Below are positions 22,839-36,900 of a stretch of 64,000 nt of DNA, piece after piece. The DNA comes from Centroscyllium fabricii (Eukaryota), in NCBI GenBank assembly GCA_051313645.2, contig JBNRSN020000012.1:32488001-32552000 (forward strand), given 5' to 3'. The notes beneath the pieces are model-generated. The model did not search any database. It saw only the letters and a list, made by a program, of their open reading frames with translations, and had not been told where the DNA came from. How positions within the stretch are numbered: position 1 is the first letter of the stretch; the number at the start of each line of letters is the position of its first letter. A program made the translations under genes and the position numbers.

Positions 22839-23045
22839 ATAATGTAGAGGTGCCGGTGTTGGACTGGGGTGGACAAATGCAAGAAGTCACACAACACCAG
22901 ATTATAGTCCAACGGTTTTATTTTAAATCACAAGCTTTCGGAGCTTTTACCCCTTCGTCACCTGACGAAGGGGCAAAAGCTCCGAAAGCTTGTGATTTAA
23001 AATAAAACCGTTGGACTGTAATCTGGTGTTGTGTGACTTCTTGCA
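22839..23045 (-). mobile_element. Penelope-like fold-back element, copy C
   Basis: TSD TTTGTTGAACTT (22827-22838 / 23046-23057); near-perfect palindrome centred at 22961-22962. Confidence 0.8.
22957..22996 (+). ncRNA. Minimal hammerhead ribozyme motif (copy C)
   Basis: GUCAC-CUGACGA-A-GGGGC-AAAA-GCUCC-GAAA-GC-UU-GUGAU: stem I GUCAC/GUGAU, stem II GGGGC/GCUCC, palindromic AAGCUU in place of stem III. Confidence 0.7.
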
Positions 23046-26000
23046 TTTGTTGAACTTGTGCACATTGGCCATACATCACATCACATGTGTTGTACCGATT
23101 GCCCCTGTCCTTACGATAGAAATAGCCGAGATTGTAATATATGCTTGAAGCTCCAAGTTCAAATATGTATATAAAAACGGAGAATATTGCGGTGTTTTAA
23201 TAAACGTGGCCTATGTAGTGCAATTTTTAAAGAAAGTTTGCTATTTATGATTGAAATTAACAGACGGTATCACCATCAACAATTAAACCATAGAAGCCAG
23301 ACAGTAAAAGCAATATTCATGTTTTTAATGTTCTACCCGTCTGTTGATTTTTACTGTATGCATGCAGATATTATTCTCACAATTATTGTCGTGTTAAAGT
23401 TTGTGTAACACACGCGGCGAAATATAATATTGCTTTGTTGAGTATTGTCTAATGGGTGTTTTTGAACCGAAATTACCAGCTAAAATTTTTTAAAAAGAAA
23501 CTTCACAACGTCAACGTTGACTTCCAGTGGATTCGAAATGCTGTCCAAGCAAACCGGCGAAAAATTCTACATTAAGCCGGCAAGACACCGTTCATTTATT
23601 TTGCTTGCAGAGTATTTACATGCACTAATATTGTTAACGTTATGATGGTCATGCATTGTTAGTACTCAGTAATAGCGGGTTTGTAATATTACATTTTTTT
23701 GTGGCCACGTCAAACCAAACCTGTCCATGCGACCTGCAAATCCTAAAGAGTATTTCAGAATTCCAAGGTTAAAAGAATACACAAAAAAGAGATACACCGT
23801 GTTATTGTAATGTGCATATGTCAATTGTTTAATGCATAAGGATTTGTGCTTTTATCGCTGTCTATTCGGGGCCTAAGATAAATTTAGCGAGGGAAAAAAG
23901 CTAACAAACCCGCTCACAAATCCTGCGCTCCTATTATTTATGCTGTATTAGTTTTCACTACAGGTGCTTATTTGGCGCGTTGGAGTTGCTACATTTTGCC
24001 CATCTGCACCTATGGCTGTTGCGGCGCCTACGTTTTGTGGCATCATTCAACGATTAACAATATTGCTTTTTGACTTAGCCGAAATGTGTACTGTACTTAA
24101 AAATGGGCGAGTTTATAAACAGCAACAATAAAGTGGGCAGAAATGGAAATATATTATCAATATATGTTAGATTTACTAAATAATTATTATGAAACTGAAT
24201 CTAAATTGACCCGCATTACCTTGTACGCTGTCAAATTGAATAGACTGCCAGATTCATTTACTGTTCTGTCACATGATTAGCAATCTGATTTTCGGTGAAG
24301 TCCTAATTATAATCATATATTATGGACATCAGCAATGCAAATAAAATATACTAGCGTGTACTAAATATACATATATATATGTGAATACTATAGCTTAGGA
24401 CATAATACAATGCCACTGAGTTTGCCTCTCGCTAACAGCAATCAGCATCCATATAGATGACATTGAGTCATCCAACACAACCTGCTTTAACGATGCAATC
24501 CGCACAATGGTGGTTCACACCGGTGATATATTTTATGAAATCCTGATAAAGTCCAAATACATTTTCCACAGACAAAAAGTAAACGTGCTGATTTAACGTG
24601 AACATTATCCCGCCGTAGAAAAAAAAATATGACTTTTAAATCAGGGATTGGTGTAATTGAATAAGTTGGTCATATGGGAACTAGCATTAAAAAAATGACC
24701 ATCGTATTATTTACACAAACTATCTGAAAATGTTTTTTTAAGTACTTATATCAATAGGTTTAACGTTTTAATTTAACGTTTAAATGCTGTACATTTAATA
24801 ACTATATCGCAAATCTAAAGCTCAAGGAAGCAGCACAATAATTTAAACATTTTGATTCTGGCTGTGTATTTTGCAAGTATAAATATGTATGCGGGGACAT
24901 TTAAAGCATTTTAATTTATACAGATTTAATTATTGTGGTATCACATTAGCGAGTCTTAAAAGCTGCCGTAAGTGACTGGTAACTAATTTGTCCTGCACGG
25001 TGTCAGCGGCCAGCCTTTAATATAAGGTCAGTAGATGGTGATTGTAATAAATATTCACCAGCACGTGTAGCACTGTTGGCCACATTTGCACTCGGCGCAC
25101 TGCGCATGTACCGCGACTGCCTGCACCACAGCCCACTGTGTGTGACTCCGCCAAAGTGAAGTTCCCAGAAATGTTTCAAACCTCTCTGTGGCACAAAAGT
25201 CATTTGGGAAGAGAAAAAATTGTGTAACCGATTGCCTCGGTTGAAACTATTAATATTTGAACCTCTGGGTTGCCGTGACACAAATTGTAAGGCGAAATGT
25301 AGCATTTTTTCAACGCTAATTTCCCCCTTAAACATGTTTTGTGTAAAGTGCGTCATCTGGTAACCCCGTGCTATTTCGTGCGATCATTCTAACGCTGGAA
25401 TAAATGTTACACGTTGATGACAGCTTCCAGCTGCAGGTTAAAAATAGCAGCGATGTTCCACAGGCTGGTCGTCTTTTCTTTAGTTTTAGTGAATTGCACC
25501 GCTTGCAAGAGCCTGTCGGCAGTCAGCTTGCTTTTCTGTAGGTAAACAGGGAGAAAATTGTAAAGACACAAAGATCGAAACAGCAGCTTTTAAAAGCTCG
25601 GCGCTCTTCGGGTTAATTTAATTTACAATGCACTGTTTAGTAAGTGAACTTAAAAAAAACAAAAATGCCCGGCGATGTCCTTTTCTAACGCACATACACG
25701 ACTCTGACCCGACGTCATTGAATTGATTCCAGTTACCAATAATGAGTTTCTGTGCGTAGGACTGTTTAGCAGAGATACCTACCATTTCTAAAATAATATT
25801 AACAACTAGTTGCACTGAACATGACAGATCTGAGTGAAGAATTCCGTAAAGTGCGACCCCCCCATCCCCCCACCCACCCCAAAACTATACAAGCCAATCA
25901 ATGCTTGTAGACAAGGTTAGGATATTGCACTTAACATTGTTACATGCGTTCAGTTATTCTGTCCCACCTAATAAGGGTAGGAATCGTCAGTTGTAAACAC

Positions 26001-29000
26001 CAAGGTATTCACTGCTTTAAGAGCGGTCTTGTGCTTGCAGCTAGTGCATAGAGACGGAGATAAACATGTTTAAGTTTTTTTCTGTCCCTTTTGTTTGTCT
26101 CCAATATTGTATTTATAAATATTGGCAACAATAATCAAGATTCGTGTTTGGAGAACCGGCGATGCAAACAGCACCAACCCGCTCTCACGTTATCAGTACG
26201 CGCCTGTTTTTTTAAAAAAAAACTATCGTCATGTTCAGCTCCAAATAGGAAAATGCACGGAGTGTGTTCTGCTTTTGGCATTCCATACGGTACTACATTG
26301 TATTTTCCAGTTAAACAGTGCATAAATCAAAAATAGGTCTGAAAGCATTTTCTCTGAAGGAGGTCATTGACAACGTGGTCTTCGGTTCCTTCTAAGTAGT
26401 GTTGAACAGTACAATCTATCGCAACCCCTCGTGGCTTTCAAAAATCAATAAAACATGAAGAAAATAGCAATAAAATATGTTTTTTAGAAATTAAGCAAGA
26501 AGTCAAATCCAATTGGCCAATAACGTTGGTCTTGTACTTCCAGGCCCGTTTGAGGTGTGCCAAAAAAAAGTCAAAAATCTTCCGCTGTTTGCGATTCTTT
26601 GCGTTTTAGTCGCAATGATTCGAATCTATTTGTGTTAGAATTTGAAACCGTTTTTCGTTTGTGCTTACTTTCCATTTATTAACGCTATAATTGCTAAACT
26701 TTTGCTTCTGTCGATCGCCAAGTGCTCCTAATGGTCGACAAATCACCGATGGCTTTCGAACCGAGAGGGAAATAAAGGTAAGATTTCGCCTTTGCTATCA
26801 ATAAAATAAAGGCAAGTAAATGTAAGAATGTATAACGAGAGTGGTCAGGGTGTTTGACCGTCACCCTCCACAATGTGGAGGAGTAGGAAGCCCACGATTG
26901 TGGCCGTGCAGTTTCGCAACCTGCAGATCAGGTTCAAAACACACTGCGCCTTTGCTGCAAACATCTTGCCAATAGTGGCCCAGTTACTGTGGCAGTTTCA
27001 CACAGGTACCAAAAGCTAAATCCTGCACACTTGTTTTATTTACTGACGTATCAAAAACGCTCAGGGCAAAAGTTACCATTTTCACTGGCAATGTTGTGCC
27101 TATTAAACAGTACTAGAACCGAGTTACTGCAGTTTGTTTACAAACAGTACGCTCTTCTGCACGGCATAACTGGGAGTTGGGGGTGGGGGGGTGCTTACAA
27201 TGATGTATATTTACGTAACTCTTAATACTAAATACTTGCACTGAATGGTTATTTTTATTTTCAGGTGTTTTATTTCCACACGCCGATTTTGACGGCTCTG
27301 CTACTATGATTCACAAATGGGCAAATAAATAAAAATATATCAATGCATTTGGGCAGATGCAGCATAAAAAGCTCTGCGAATGACCTTTTACATGTTGTTG
27401 CTCAGTAAGGCTCCATCCCACTCGCAGCCCAGCCTGCCTTCAGAATCCTCACAATCATTCCTTCTGCAAGGTGGCGCTCTATGATTTGATTTTACTTTGA
27501 ACACTGCTATGGCTGGCTGTTACCGGCTGCTGAATAGCTTAATTTCAAAAGTGCCATTATTCACGAACATGCATAAGGCACTTGCCTATTTTAAAAAAAA
27601 ACTATACAAGCTAATGTATTACTAAATAAATGGACGAAGCATATCTTCATTGGACAGAATTTGGCATTCTGCACACTGCCTGTTAAGTCAGTTAAGACTA
27701 TTTCAATCCGATGTTATAAAACACACACATTACGTTTCAGAGTATGATTACTGAACTAATATTTACGAATGTAATTGTATTTGGTGCTACATTGCGCTTT
27801 CTAGGCCAGATGAACTCTTTTTTTCTCTAACCCGCCTGCTTACCATATAGCACTGGCCTTGCTAACCTTAATCCTTGAATAAGCAGTTAAACTATCAATC
27901 TCATCTCCCGGAAGGTCAGTTTCTGTTGTGTACTCTATGGACATCACAAGCATTCGTAACTTTAGCTAGCATCATGATTTGTGTTGTCTGTTGATATGTT
28001 GTCTGCTTAATGGGGCGGTCATGCAAACTACAATGACGAACAAAGCCCAACAGTTCCAACAAGCGTAGCTAAGTTAGTGGAAGCAGTATAGCCTGCAAAT
28101 CTATCAAAGTAAATAGCAAAGAAGACAATCTGATTTAGTGAAACAGGCGTTCGGCTACAGTCATTAAGCATAAGTAATTTAGATTTTTTATTTTTTCCTC
28201 ATTTAGTAATTTGCTATCACAGCATCATCGAATGGAACGGATTTTTTAAAGTGAATGGGAATTAAATAAGTAAAGGCACATAAAGAAAATCAGATTACAT
28301 AAAATAAATTGTGTTCTTGTGAATTTAATTTCGCACTAAGTGGTTGGGTTTAGAACCATTGGTTATAATTCACAGTAAAGAACATAAATTAAAAATGATT
28401 TCAATTAATGCCAGCTATTAACGATTATAATTGCAAAATATGAAACCACGAAGGCCTCAGCTAATTGTAAAAAGGCAGATATGCATTTTTTTTGCCCCTC
28501 CCTGTGGAAAAAAGTTTGAGAAATCTGTCATAATTGAATCTTTAAAAGGTGTTTGTAATGATACATAATTATATAGATATGTTTTAAATTCTGTGGCTTT
28601 CCAAAAAATGTTACGCTGATGGCAATATTTATCAGCGTAACTTCCATAAACAAATGTGTCCAAAAAGGAGACATTCTTTCGCTAACTTCCTGTGAAGTCA
28701 GGCGGTTGTCTTTACACGACGCATCAATTAAATGGCCAGCGTTAATATTTATGTCGTTAGAGTAATCTGTTTTTTACCCCTCTAATATTTTATGGCTGCC
28801 ATTGCAAGCTCTGCAAAGTTAAATTAAAATATTATTATATAGTGATCCAAAATTTTGGTTTCATAAATGTAGGTATGAATACTAATTACGCACTGAGCTA
28901 ATATCAGCAGGGATGCTTTCATCCATCATTTTTTACATCTCCAAAGGCACTTTTCTGATGGTTTAATAGAGACAATTCCAGCAAAGTAAAAATATGTATA

Positions 29001-29300
29001 TATATTTTCACTCCCTGTTTCCTGGCTTATTTTATTCTGTGACGTGCAATAGTTTGCCGTTATGAATAAAAATACTGAATGCAACGCACTGGATTTTGGA
29101 ATCTTTAATATTGTAGGAAATGTTATGGAACAGTTTGTAAACTAGGTTTTACATACGAATGCATTTTTCATAAATATCGAATATCTGTAACACGCAATAC
29201 CGGTAATTTACGTACATGCGGATAAATATGGAGATTGGGAATATATACATAAATTTATCGCAACTGCGAAGGCAATGAACAGATAAATTTCTTATTTTGC

Positions 29301-29306
29301 TTTAAT
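29301..29306 (-). terminator. Candidate Zic1 polyadenylation signal ATTAAA (alternative AATAAA at 29031-29036)
   Basis: Hexamer ~700 nt past the Zic1 stop; position-based inference only. Confidence 0.35.
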
Positions 29307-30002
29307 ATCAAGTCTTACATAAAACAAAGTTACATTTTAACACGGAGTTCCAAGCTTGCACTACGATTTTTTTTGACAAAACAAGCAACACTTTGAACAC
29401 TTCACTACTCCGACTGGACTTTGGGACGAAAGGTTTGCACTGGATACAAAAAGCACATTAATAACAATAGTATCTGCTAGCTTTCTGACGCTCAGTTGAG
29501 ACTGAAATACAAAGTAATTCACATTTTGGTACACATCGACTATAGTAACTTTTTTTTGCCATCCATAAACAAATAATTGCATTTTTTTTCCAACCGTCCC
29601 CCAGATATGCAAATACCACGTTGACAAATCCCCTTGTGATATGTCTATGTACAGGATTCAAACATTAGACTCTCAAACTAGTAATTCTATATTTACAAAA
29701 AATGAAAGGAAAAAAAGGCCGCTGTCATAGAACACATGCAATTTCAGAGCTTGATCAGTTCTTTCTTTAAACCCAGCACTTGGCAATGGCTAGAGAAATA
29801 GCATCGTCCTACATGCATTTTGAGATTCGCTACTACGCAACCTTTCAAAGGTTTTGGTTTCGTCCTTTTTTTAAATTCCTTTCGGCGTCTATTGGCAGCT
29901 TTTTTTTTTGTCTTTGATTCCTCGCGATCGTAACTTTGGAGTCTTTTTTGAAAAGTTTTTTTTGTAATTTTTTTGTCGTATTTTTTTTGATGTGTGGTTT
30001 AC

Positions 30003-30200
30003 TTAAACGTACCATTCATTAAAGTTCGATGAAAGCGTGCTGTGGTTGGATGTGTGGTGGATTGCAGAAGATGTTGGGGACATTGAACTGTTGGTCTGGT
30101 TTTCTGTGGAGGGCGACACGATGGTGGGGGGTGTTGAGGACTCGTAGCCAGAACTTGCCGCAGGAGAAGGCTGTGACCCTTGAGTGGATGCCTCGTGGAC
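30003..30200 (-). CDS. ZIC1: Zic1 coding exon 3 (Ser/Thr-rich C-terminus ending NFNEWYV*)
   Basis: Acceptor ttttgtag|GTCCAC; translates [31 protein letters not shown]...[12 protein letters not shown]. Total CDS 976+164+198 = 1338 nt = 445 aa. This frame is absent from the ORF track. Confidence 0.95.
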   Translation of the reverse strand, partial: VHEASTQGSQPSPAASSGYESSTPPTIVSPSTENQTNSSMSPTSSAIHHTSNHSTLSSNFNEWYV

Positions 30201-30561
30201 CTACAAAAACCATCCACCATGTAAAAAAAACAGCCTTAAAGACAACTAAAGCGCTTGTGTAGGCTTTGTATTAAATTTGTAAAATAGATAACTACACAAC
30301 ATACCGCTTAACATAGTAAGGCCTTGCAAAAATTCTAGCTAGATTTTTTAAAAATCTGTTGTGATATTCCAAAGTTTAAACTAAACAAAGGTAGCAAAAA
30401 TTGCCCGATACAATTTTTCATTGAGATGAAAGCTGTCAGAACTGTAAACGATGTTTTAGATTTGACCTGCGATAGATTAAAATATATTGACCATACAAGG
30501 CTATAAAAGGGATACTAGCTCTTGAATGTAATGTGCACAGCGCTGAGCTGTCAGCTATTCA

Positions 30562-30870
<309 letters not shown>

Positions 30871-31805
30871 TTAGCTCTTTTGCAAATTTACTATTTATAT
30901 AAAACCCTAAAATTACGATTTAAAAAAAAAACACCAAGCAAAGCAGCCATCATTGAAAAACAAACACATTTTTATAATCACCCTACCTCACCAATCTACA
31001 ACCATGCCTTGCAAATCGCAGAAAACGGCAGCATTTTCTAAAATATACGTCCATGCACACAGTTCGGAATGTTACGAAGAATGCATAAGGTAAATTAATA
31101 AATGCTGATTCTTTGCTTAATTTATGATATGGACAGGGACTGGTTACACCATGTTGCAGCTGCCGTGGCGGCCTTACATGTACATATCAATGCTTATTGC
31201 CCTTTTACAACTGCAGTGGTAGGTTGAATAAAGTTGAAAATATGTACCAGCACAGTTGTAGGTTTCTATTTCTTATTTGTAATATTGCCCCTCTCTGATA
31301 CAAGCATTGCTTCCATGCTAGACCAATGCAGCCCTTGGACCGCAAACGCTGGAATAGCGTTTTGAAAAAAAAGACAACGGAAATGGTTATTTGCTAATTC
31401 TATTTACATTTTCGCTTTAATTAAACCGTTTCCAATTCTGTTTATTTAAAGTACGAGTTAGTGGACATCTCATGCAGTGAAGTGAATTGTTGCTAAGTGC
31501 CCCTGGAGGTTTTATAGTCGAGAAAGTGTTAAATCTCGACTTTGCAAAATCTTTACAACTACCTAACCACTATGTGTCATTAACATCGACATTGTTGTCG
31601 AGTGCTATTTTTTTTCGCAAACGCATATTGTGAACCAAGTTTTAACAAGATTATGAGCTCTTGGGAGCCCATAGTATATGTGTTAAGGTATACACACTAT
31701 AAATATATTCACACACACATATAGAAATACGCGCACATATATTTACATGTATACAACGTCTGCGTATCCGAAAGTTGATTTCGCAGTTATACATATACAC
31801 GCACT

Positions 31806-31852
31806 TACACACACACATATATATATATGTATATATATATAGAGAGAGAGAT
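31806..31852. repeat. Compound (CA)n(TA)n(GA)n microsatellite in Zic1 intron 1
   Basis: Direct reading. Confidence 0.9.
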
Positions 31853-32375
31853 ACAAATATGCAAACATAGAATGAGGCAGAGAAAAGGAAGCGATGAACA
31901 AGAATATACTCAATTTGTTGGTTGTGGATTTATAAGGAAACGAGGTAAACCAGCAACAGTGGGTATTTTTCCCCTTTAGATACAATTAAGCTTAGCGATA
32001 ATTTAATTTAAAATAAACTCTTATCACGATGTATTTGCAGGTTAACTATTTTTCCGTCAATATTGGAATAATTAAGCATAGCGTTTAATATTGTCATAAA
32101 ACCGCACAACGTCATACATTTCTATATATATATATTTTAAACAGCGCCCGTAACTCCAGTATAAATAGCACAGAGAGTTAAGCAAAAGCAAAATACTAAA
32201 CATGTTAATTTTATTCTGATATAAATATTTATTTGCACATGCATCTACAACACGTTTACTAAATAAATACTTGGAGCGTCCCGTTTATTTAAAAATGAAA
32301 GTAAGATAGAAACGGTTATAAATGCTTCGCAGTATTTCAGTTTCTCCTTTACACTTTTAAATACAGTCACCATAC

Positions 32376-33351
32376 CTGTGTGAGTTCTTTTGTGGATCTT
32401 GAGATTTTCTGATCTGGCAAAGACCTTGCCGCAGCCAGGGAATGGACAGGGGAATGGTTTCTCGCCAGTGTGGACTCTGATGTGATTTACAAGTTTATAT
32501 TTGGCTTTGAAAGGCTTTCCCTCTCTTGGACACTCTTCCCAGAAGCAGATATGGTTCGACTGCTCTGGTCCCCCAACGTGTTCCACTGTTACGTGAGTAA
32601 CCAGTTCGTGCATGGTGCTAAAAGTTTTGTTGCAGGATTTTTTAGGATTCGTCAACTGTTCGGGCTCGACCCATTTACATATGAGTTCTTGCTTAATGGG
32701 CTGCCTCATATAACGAAAGAAGGCCCCGGCCCCATGGTGGGCCGCCATGTTCATGTTCATGGGGCCATAGCTGTGCAGCTGGGTCGAGGCGTAGTGGTCC
32801 GATCTGGGACTGGTGACCTGGCTGTATTGGTCTGCTCTGCCGTACATGTCCCCAGAAAAGCCTAAGCGCATTTGGCCGTTCATTACATGTGCATTGGGAG
32901 AAGCGTGGGTCGTCGCCTGCTCGTGAAGCCCCGGGAAGAGTAGGTGCCCCGCGGCGTCAGTATGTCCATGGGGTCCCGCAAAGCTGCCCGCGGCCGCCGC
33001 CGAAGCGAACAGGCTGTGGCCGGCGCTGGCCGCCGCCGCGTCCCCGAAGCCCCGGTTGCGAAACAAAAAGTCTCGGGTCGAGTTGAACGCCGCGCTGCTG
33101 TACGAACTCACATGGCCGGGATGGTGACCCAGAGCCGCGGCGTAGCCCGGAGCCTGCGACGTGAAGGCGGTCTGACCCGAGGCCAGATCGTGAGTGCTGG
33201 GGCTGATTTTAAAAGCCCCCATCCCGTCCGCGAAAGGATTGATACCCAGCCCCACTTCTCGGTCGTTGACATCGCCTGTTGAGTGATGTCGGGATGATCC
33301 GAAGGTAGTCACTCCTAGAGTAGGATATTGAGGTCCAGCGTCCAGAAGCAT
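32376..33351 (-). CDS. ZIC1: Zic1 coding exon 1 (N-terminus, ZOC motif, ZF-NC, zinc fingers 1-3)
   Basis: ATG at 33351 gives [10 protein letters not shown]..., then TRDFLFRNR (ZOC), [19 protein letters not shown] and C2H2 fingers to HKRTHT-G. GT donor at 32375-32374, phase 1. Confidence 0.97.
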
Positions 33352-33719
33352 CGTCTGGCGATGGGGGGAGCAGAGAAGGAATAATGATACAAAAAAAAAA
33401 GCAAGCAAAGAATTCACAACGAAACTTGCTTAATATAAAATAGTCTCTGAGTCTGTTTGGAGCACTTGCAAAAACTCCTTATTTTTCTCTCTCTCCCTCT
33501 TCTCTCTTCGGCGTGTGGGAATTTGCTGGAGATTATTATTTTTTTTTTTCCAACCCCCTTCTTGCAAACGCAAATCATGCAATATTGTCTTTTTTTGCGG
33601 TTTATCTTCCTGGGGAGAAACTTTCACCTCATCAGCCGGGCGGTGAGCTGGAGAATGATAGCGGCAATCATTCCTGCAGATAAATGAATTGAAAAGACAA
33701 CACCATCCCCTTGATGAAT

Positions 33720-33900
33720 GGGGAGGATGGGGGGGGGGAGGAGTCACGTGGCGCCCGGCGTCGCTGCCCATTGGCCAGCCCCGCGCTGCCCCGTCGCGCC
33801 CGGCCGCCAATCAGCGGCCCGCGGCGCCCGTCCCGCCCCCTGATTGGCCGGCGCGCCTCATCAATCCCAGGTATTGTGCGCGCCTGACAGTGGCTGCTGA
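33720..33900 (-). promoter_or_regulatory. Zic1 proximal promoter (CpG-rich; E-box, CCAAT boxes, GC box)
   Basis: GC/CpG-rich patch ~370-550 nt upstream of the ATG, with GTCACGTG (33743-33750), CCAAT/ATTGG at 33770, 33807 and 33843, and CCCGCCCC near 33832. Confidence 0.7.
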
Positions 33901-36900
33901 TAAATTATTGTCGAGTCCAGATTTTCTTTCTTTTTCAATCCTCTCTTGTGTTTTTTTAATTTATATATATATATATATAATATGGAAAGAGGAGGAGGAG
34001 GAGGGGGGTGGTGGGGTGGTGGGGGGGGGGGGGGAGAGAGAACTGAAGAAAAACTCTTGTCTTCTTTCGACTTCACAATTCAGTCACCCCTTGTCAGACT
34101 GTTTGAAATTCGTTAGCATGCCACAACTCCAGACGAGGGGGGAAAAAAATAGCGGGCGGCTTCCTTTGTTGTTCACTAGCTTTTTTGATCGCCGGTGAAA
34201 ATTCACTTACCCAGATGAGTGAGCAAATAGAGAAAGAACACTCTTTTGAATTGGGTTAGGAAAAATGCATATGTTTGGATTCAGTACAAACATACAACAC
34301 TTGGTTGTTTTCCAGACGAAACCTCTTGATTAACCTGTCTTTCCCCATGTAAAAAGGCGATTGAAAACATCTTGCTTGGGCCTTTTTTTTTCTTCCATGG
34401 TGACAATGAACTGCTCTATACATATCTATAGGTTCTCAAACAATTGCAAAAAAATAGCTGCAAGTAAGGATTTCACCCCCGAGCCCCCTTTTGGTTTGGT
34501 GCTCTTTTCATTGATTACGAACAAAGAAAGAGGGGAAAAAATGGTTTATGAACACTCAGCTAAGAAAAATGTAGCTCCTTCCCACATCATGTTTTAGTTT
34601 ATACCTTGCCATTCACAGCCCCGAATTTGTTAAAGTCCATCTTCTGTGTTTCTGCAAAGTAATTTAATTATTTACGTGAGGCCAGCGGTTTGCATATTCA
34701 TTAAGTCTAATTATATTCTAGTAATAGAAACGTAAAAAGCCAACAAAGAATCGGAATCGTTCAATTTACCTTTTGTTCGCCACTTCAATGAGCTTCCTTG
34801 AAGCTAAATCTGTGTGTTAAAGTCTTATTTTATAACAAAGAAGCCTTACCGCATCCTTTAATAATTATCTCCGTTAGTAAACCATCACTTTGGAAGGATA
34901 CTGATTTAAATAGTTGTCTTGTTTCCACAACCACCCCCCCCCCCCTCCCGCCCCCTTCCTAATTCAGCTTTTTCTTATCGAAAAACATATTTACACGAAC
35001 ACTTGTCCTCGCTTACTTTTTTTTAACTAACACTTTTTAAAGGTTTTCACATAAAGGTACAACAGGTTAACTTGGAAAAAGGGGTTTTTCGCGCGCGAAG
35101 GTGTTGGCGCAATGTAAACCCCGGCGGTTTAAATGACTGCCTCCCGACCTTCCACGGCAGCGAAGTTCCAGTTATATTTAACAGCAGCGTTATTGTCCGA
35201 GGAAACAAGTTTATCATTAAATGTTAGGAAGCTGAGGGACAATGTACACGCGGGGACCTTGGAGCTGCAAAGAATTGAAAGCGGGCGCCTCTTGAGTGCA
35301 TATTCCCAGTTCACGACAATTTGGGGGCTGTGTGCTTACTTGGCCGCGACAATCCGAGGCGATGTGGATGTTTAATAGAGAATTGCAAATGCAGATTTTA
35401 GGTGCTTTAATGATCTAGAATTGTCTTATGCGAGGGTATCTGTTATAGTTAATCTGACTTTTCCGATGCAATAGATCCCACGCTTGTTGTGCCCATAATG
35501 AAATGTTATTTTTCTGCTTTAGTCGTGTACTTTGCACCCGAAGAATTAAATGGAACGTGATATTGTCTCGCTGAGTGATTACAATGGCTAACATCATAGC
35601 ATTACTTTAAATGATGCAATATACTGAAAACATGGATATTAAAATCACAGCAGTCAAGTAGCAGAAGCTGGAGTAATTTGATTCCAAAAGATTTACTGCT
35701 CATTGAAAGAGTGTGCAAATTCTAAAGGGGCACTTTAAGCGTATGAAAAGTAAACGTTTCCCATAGCATTATCTTTAGGCTGCATCGTCAAATATACAAA
35801 GAAGGGCTGATTTTAAAAGTTGTGGGATGGTAGAAGTTATCAAGTGGGATTTGCGGCGCTCTCCGCAGGAAACGCAGGCTGCTTGAGTTCAAAGCCACAT
35901 GCACCGACGTGACATATAAGCCATTAAAATATCATCCTGACGGCTCATTTCTGCTTCATCATACATTCCCTAACTGCTTCCAGAAACCTTGAAAAGGCGA
36001 AATGAAGAATGACTACCTAGTCAGAGCTACAAAGTAGATTTTTTTTTTTTACTTCGAAGTTACCTGAATTAAAAGATCGAAGACATCTTCTTCAACAGGT
36101 GGAGGACGGTAAGAGAGGCACGCGTATTCAAGTGACTTTTACTAAGCGACTCCTGACCTCTGAATTTCCATCATCTTTCATGTAAATGCAATTGACTAAA
36201 AAGAGAATAGAGATATCAGTCAGATTTTTGTTTCCTCAGAATAGCCCTTGTCAGGGGCCATCATGTTCTAATAAAAGCAAAACTAGGTGCGAGCGGCTCT
36301 GAATTATGCATTTCCATTCGAATGCTCTTGTGTGCACCGATATTATCCCTCCGATTGTTTTCAGTCGATGGATAGCAAAGCATTTAGTTGTTCTGTGAAG
36401 GGAGGTGGGGGGGGGGGACATTTGCCTCGGGGTTGAAGTGTTAGTTTACAAAAGGAATTGTTATTACTTGATTTAAAATTCTGGCTATTTTCATTGAGTC
36501 TAATTTAAAATTTAAATTTGATTTATAACTTGAAACGAAGTTAATCTTTCAATCGTTTATGTGCGACTAACACGTATGAACTGTTGCGCTCGTTAAAGTG
36601 CAGTTTTACTTGTCTGTACACTTGCACCTAGAATTGTTTTATGCGCGAGTGTATGTTTGAATACAGTTTAAGGTCTTCAAAAAGTGCGCTGAGCAACGCG
36701 TGCCCTTTATCCGCGTTCTCCTGTTAAGCAAACGCTTTAGAATATTGAGGTAATGAATTGATGTTTGCGTCCACGCTCCCTTTAAACACATATTTCCATT
36801 AACGGAATGTCATTTAAGTGAATTCAATTGTAATGCAAAAGTTATCTTGCAAATTTGTTCCTGATGACTGACCCCAGCACCGCATATTTAATTGATACCT

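Noticed and set aside
32245-33417. 390-aa single-exon reading of Zic1, and the 414-aa and 206-aa Zic4 ORFs as listed
   Set aside because: The extensions are 5' UTR or intron read-through; splice sites define the real exons.
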